Shown here in pieces: positions 59,926-64,000 of a stretch of 64,000 nucleotides of DNA. The notes beneath the pieces are model-generated. The model saw only the letters and a list, made by a program, of their open reading frames with translations. It had not been told where the DNA came from and searched no databases. The DNA lies in assembly GCA_951406725.2 (NCBI GenBank), contig OX597820.1, positions 119,846,001-119,910,000 on the forward strand, given 5' to 3'. The position numbers and the translations under genes were made by a program. Position 1 is the stretch's first letter. Each line of letters opens with the position of its first letter. The DNA is from Octopus vulgaris. Its lineage: Eukaryota.

Positions 59926-61004
59926 TAATGCGTATGTACTCACGCACACACATAAACATACACAAAAACGCATACACACATCGCACTCGCATACACACAC
60001 ATACGCACACACACACATCAGTAAACTCACCTGTACATACATATACTCACACATGTTCGCGGACTTGTGATAAGTATGTCAAAATTATTTTAAGGTTCGT
60101 TTAATCTTACTTAAGTCTATTTCCCCCCAAAACCGTTTAGAAATTCTTTTCATTCGCGACCGATAGCGAAACACTATGTAAGACGGAAAATAGCAGAGTT
60201 GCTGCTAACATCGTAAAACGCCTTTTCAGCTTTGGCATCAACGTAGCTGCTCTCTAATTAGCAAAAACAGCAACACATTACAAGAATAAATAGCTGTTAC
60301 TGCAAAACGGAGGAAAGAATATTTAGATAAAATTGTTTAGCTTGGTATTTCGAAATATTCCCCGAAGTACAACAAAATTAGAAAACAGAACTACTTATCG
60401 GAAAAAATATAAAACTGCGTATTGTGGGTGAATTTTTTTAGGTTATAGATAACATTTTATGAAATCAGCGAGCGTTGCAGTCTGGTTATATATTTATTAA
60501 ACCTGGCGTTTAGAGAAATGATGGTAATTTGCTTTTTTGCGATGTGTGTTCAACCACAATGCATTAGTACAAATACAGGAACCGACATATGTGCATTTGT
60601 GTCATATATACAAGGATAGACGTCTACGACTGTGCAGATGTTTATCATGCATATTGTATATCAGGTTACTAAGGTGTTCGTTGGGGTTTCTTCATTCTAT
60701 GTTTGTGATCAAATGCGAAGATACTGGAAGTATATATTTGCCGAATACTCCTACGTAACATACTGATACACAGGCGCACATATCAACATACACACATGCA
60801 CACACGCACGCACACACGTATACACACACTCACGTCTCAAACGTCTTGTATTTTATTTCATATGCAACGTGGAAACGATGCTACACATTCGATTAAGAAT
60901 AATAGAAGCGAGCGAAGGGAATGGAATATGCAGTCTTTAGCACGTGATTTACTGAATGATGCCAAAGTGTGAAGTGCAATCGAGGCTAACGAATGGTATA
61001 AAAT

Positions 61005-61093
61005 CATACATACAAATATACATACATACATACGTAGATTCATACATACATACATATATACATACATACATACATATATACATATATACATAT

Positions 61094-61124
<31 letters not shown>

Positions 61125-61138
61125 CATACATACATACA

Positions 61139-61172
<34 letters not shown>

Positions 61173-61357
61173 CATGCATACATATATACATACGTACATA
61201 CACAGATACATAAATACATATATTCATACATACATACATGCATACATACATACACACATACATATATACACACATACATATATACATACATACATATATA
61301 CATACATACATGCATACATAATACATACATACATACACACTTACATACATACACACA

Positions 61358-61393
<36 letters not shown>

Positions 61394-61595
61394 TATACAT
61401 ACATACATACATACATACATACATACATACATACATACATACATACATACACACTTACATACATACATGCATACATACATACATACATACATACATACAT
61501 ACATGCATACATACATACATACATACATACATACATACATACATACATACATACATACATACATACATACATACATACATACATACATACATACA

Positions 61596-61630
<35 letters not shown>
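61005..61630. repeat. (TACA)n microsatellite
   Basis: Seen directly. Confidence 0.95.
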
Positions 61631-61631
<1 letters not shown>

Positions 61632-61633
61632 TG

Positions 61634-61664
<31 letters not shown>

Positions 61665-61717
61665 GTGTGTGTGTGTGTATGTGTGTGTGCGTGTGTGTGT
61701 GTATATATATATACATA

Positions 61718-62205
61718 TTCAGTCCGCAAAGTTATTCTATCGATTCATTTCGCGGACCGCTCGGTCATTATATTGATCGCGTATGGCGAACCGCTAAGTT
61801 ATTCGATCGATTTCTTTTGGCGAACCACTAAGTTATTTTATCGCATTCATTTGGCAAACCGCTAAGTTTTTCTATCGATTCATTTGGCGAACCACTAAGT
61901 TATTCTATCGCGTTCATTTGGCAAACCGCTAAGTTATTCTATCGATTTCATTCGGCGAACCGTTAAGGTATTATATCGATTTCGTTTGCCGAACTGCTAA
62001 TTTTTCTATCGACCTCTTTTGGTGAACCACTAAGTTATTCTATCGAACTTATTTCGTGAACTGCTAAATTATTATATCGATCGCATTTGGTGAACCGCTA
62101 AGTTATTCTATCGATTTCGTTTGGCTATCCGTTAAGTTATATCGATCATATTTGGCGAACCGCTAGATTATTATATGGAAATTACTTTGTGAACCGCTAA
62201 GTTAA
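61718..62205 (+). repeat. ~34-bp SINE-derived minisatellite, ~14 units
   Basis: Units of ttattctatcgatttcatttggcgaaccgctaag. Confidence 0.9.
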
Positions 62206-62667
62206 TGATTAACTAAATTAATGTTAATGAAGCTAATATCGAAATTGCACGGTTTTCTGTAAAAATCTCAACTGTTTCAAATCTTATCTGTTCAAAATTT
62301 TACCTGATGATGGGCGATTATATATCATAATGCAATCTGCTTTGAATGCATTAATTAAAATTATATGGAAACTGTACAAAATATATGTAGTTGATCTTAT
62401 ATTAATGCCGTTGAAGCTACGCTATTATAGCTGAAAACCAGCAGGGCGTGAAGTCCCAACAACCCATGAGCCCATTTCTGTCTCTGATCTTTCTCTGAAG
62501 CCTTGCTTTTACGCATTTTATGCCTACAGGCAATATGTCGTTTCGTTATTATATTTATTTACCTGTGTATTCAAGCAAGCACCTAAATTAACATGAAACT
62601 GGTTAACCTATATCTCGTTTGAAGTTAGAGCCCACATCTTACTTCAATGCCAACTTCTTTGACAACT

Positions 62668-62729
<62 letters not shown>

Positions 62730-63298
62730 CATACATACATACATACATATAAATATATATATATGCATATATATATAGATTCTAGTATATGTGTATATGT
62801 ATATATATAGATATATGAATATGTATGTATATATATCCAGATAAATGTATATATATTTACATGCTTATATAGACATACATATATTCATAATTATACATAC
62901 ATACCTATACATATATATATATACATATCGATCTATCTATCTTTATATATATATATATATATATATATATCTATATATATATAAATGCATACACATACAC
63001 ACATACCTATATATTCTTTTCTTTTGTTATTGTTTTCAACTAGCGACTCGGTTCATGCCGAAGCACCGCCTTTCAGTGTTCTTCCTTCGGTACTATTTTT
63101 GGTGATGAAGCGAGTTGGATGAAACTGCTCTTCTTCGTGCATTCTGCCGTTTCCACATCAACACCTTGCAGACCTCTCAGGATCCCGGCAGGATGTTTAG
63201 CAGTTGTGCTCTCCTGAAACCCAAGCTGTTGCAATAGTGGGTTCTTACTTGAGAGAAGCGAAAAGACACCTGTGGTATTATGCAGTATATACATATAA

Positions 63299-63640
63299 AG
63301 GGTAAAGACCCCCTTCGGTCATGAATGACCATGGGATTGCACCTAGAAAGTTACCCTCCTAGACACAAGTCTGGGCAAGGTTGTTTATGGAAGACCAGCA
63401 GTCGCCCATGCATACCAGCCTCCCCTCTCCACACCACCAGTGTTATCCAAGGGAAAGACAAAGGTCGATACAGCTTGGCACCAGTGACGTCGCAACTCAT
63501 TTCTACAGCTGAGTGAACTGGAGCAATGTGAAATAAAGTGCCTTGCTCAAGAACCCAACACGCAGCCCGGTCCGGGATTCGAGCTCACAACCTCACGATC
63601 GTAAGCTCGACGCTCTAACCACTGAGCCATGCGCTTTCAC
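63299..63640 (-). mobile_element. SINE family D, full length
   Basis: Minus-strand head gtgaaagcgcatggctcagtggttagagcgtcgagc...gagctcgaatcccggacc. Confidence 0.9.
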
Positions 63641-63643
63641 ATG

Positions 63644-63735
<92 letters not shown>

Positions 63736-64000
63736 AATAATGAGGATAGATATATGAATATGTATGTATGTATATATATCCATATATATGTATATATATA
63801 TACATGCTTAAATAGACATACAAAAAATCTGAAAAATAAGAGAAAATTCTAATACATGTGTATATTGACAGGGCAAGACTGCTTGGTAGTCGGCTGCATG
63901 CTAGAAATAGATCATCAACGATCAAACTACAAAGAAAGCTCTCTAGAGGAAAAATTCAGCGAACACCAGAACCAAATTTGGCGGGCAGGACAGATGAAAA

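Noticed and set aside
61718-62205. CRISPR-like array of ~34-bp units
   Set aside because: The units are contiguous with no unique spacers, derive from a SINE, and there are no cas genes in this eukaryotic context.

Overview
AT-rich, microsatellite-dense eukaryotic DNA that is non-coding and repeat-dominated. The SINE families and the (TA)n/(TACA)n/(GATA)n/(TAA)n load point to a cephalopod (octopus-like) intron or intergenic region; the taxon is inferred. I found no convincing host protein-coding exon, and nearly all long ORFs in the track are microsatellite artefacts. The window holds about 19 tRNA-headed SINE copies from four families. Non-LTR retrotransposon fragments include Penelope-like GIY-YIG, HERO-like and R4/Dong-like RLE, and L1/Tx1 zf-RVT pieces. 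DNA transposons are a deleted mariner, two Merlin-like MITEs with 8-bp TSDs and internal telomere-type repeats, and a hAT MITE. There is also a 28S rRNA fragment. The most striking patterns are: (i) many short Penelope-type modules with minimal hammerhead-ribozyme cores, often folded back into palindromes inside (TA)n tracts; (ii) a ~545-bp palindrome whose loop is an inverted copy of sequence ~500 bp downstream; (iii) a minisatellite derived from a SINE segment, present as two inverted arrays; (iv) a SINE sharing its 3' tail with a Tx1 LINE. All calls were made by eye and boundaries are approximate.
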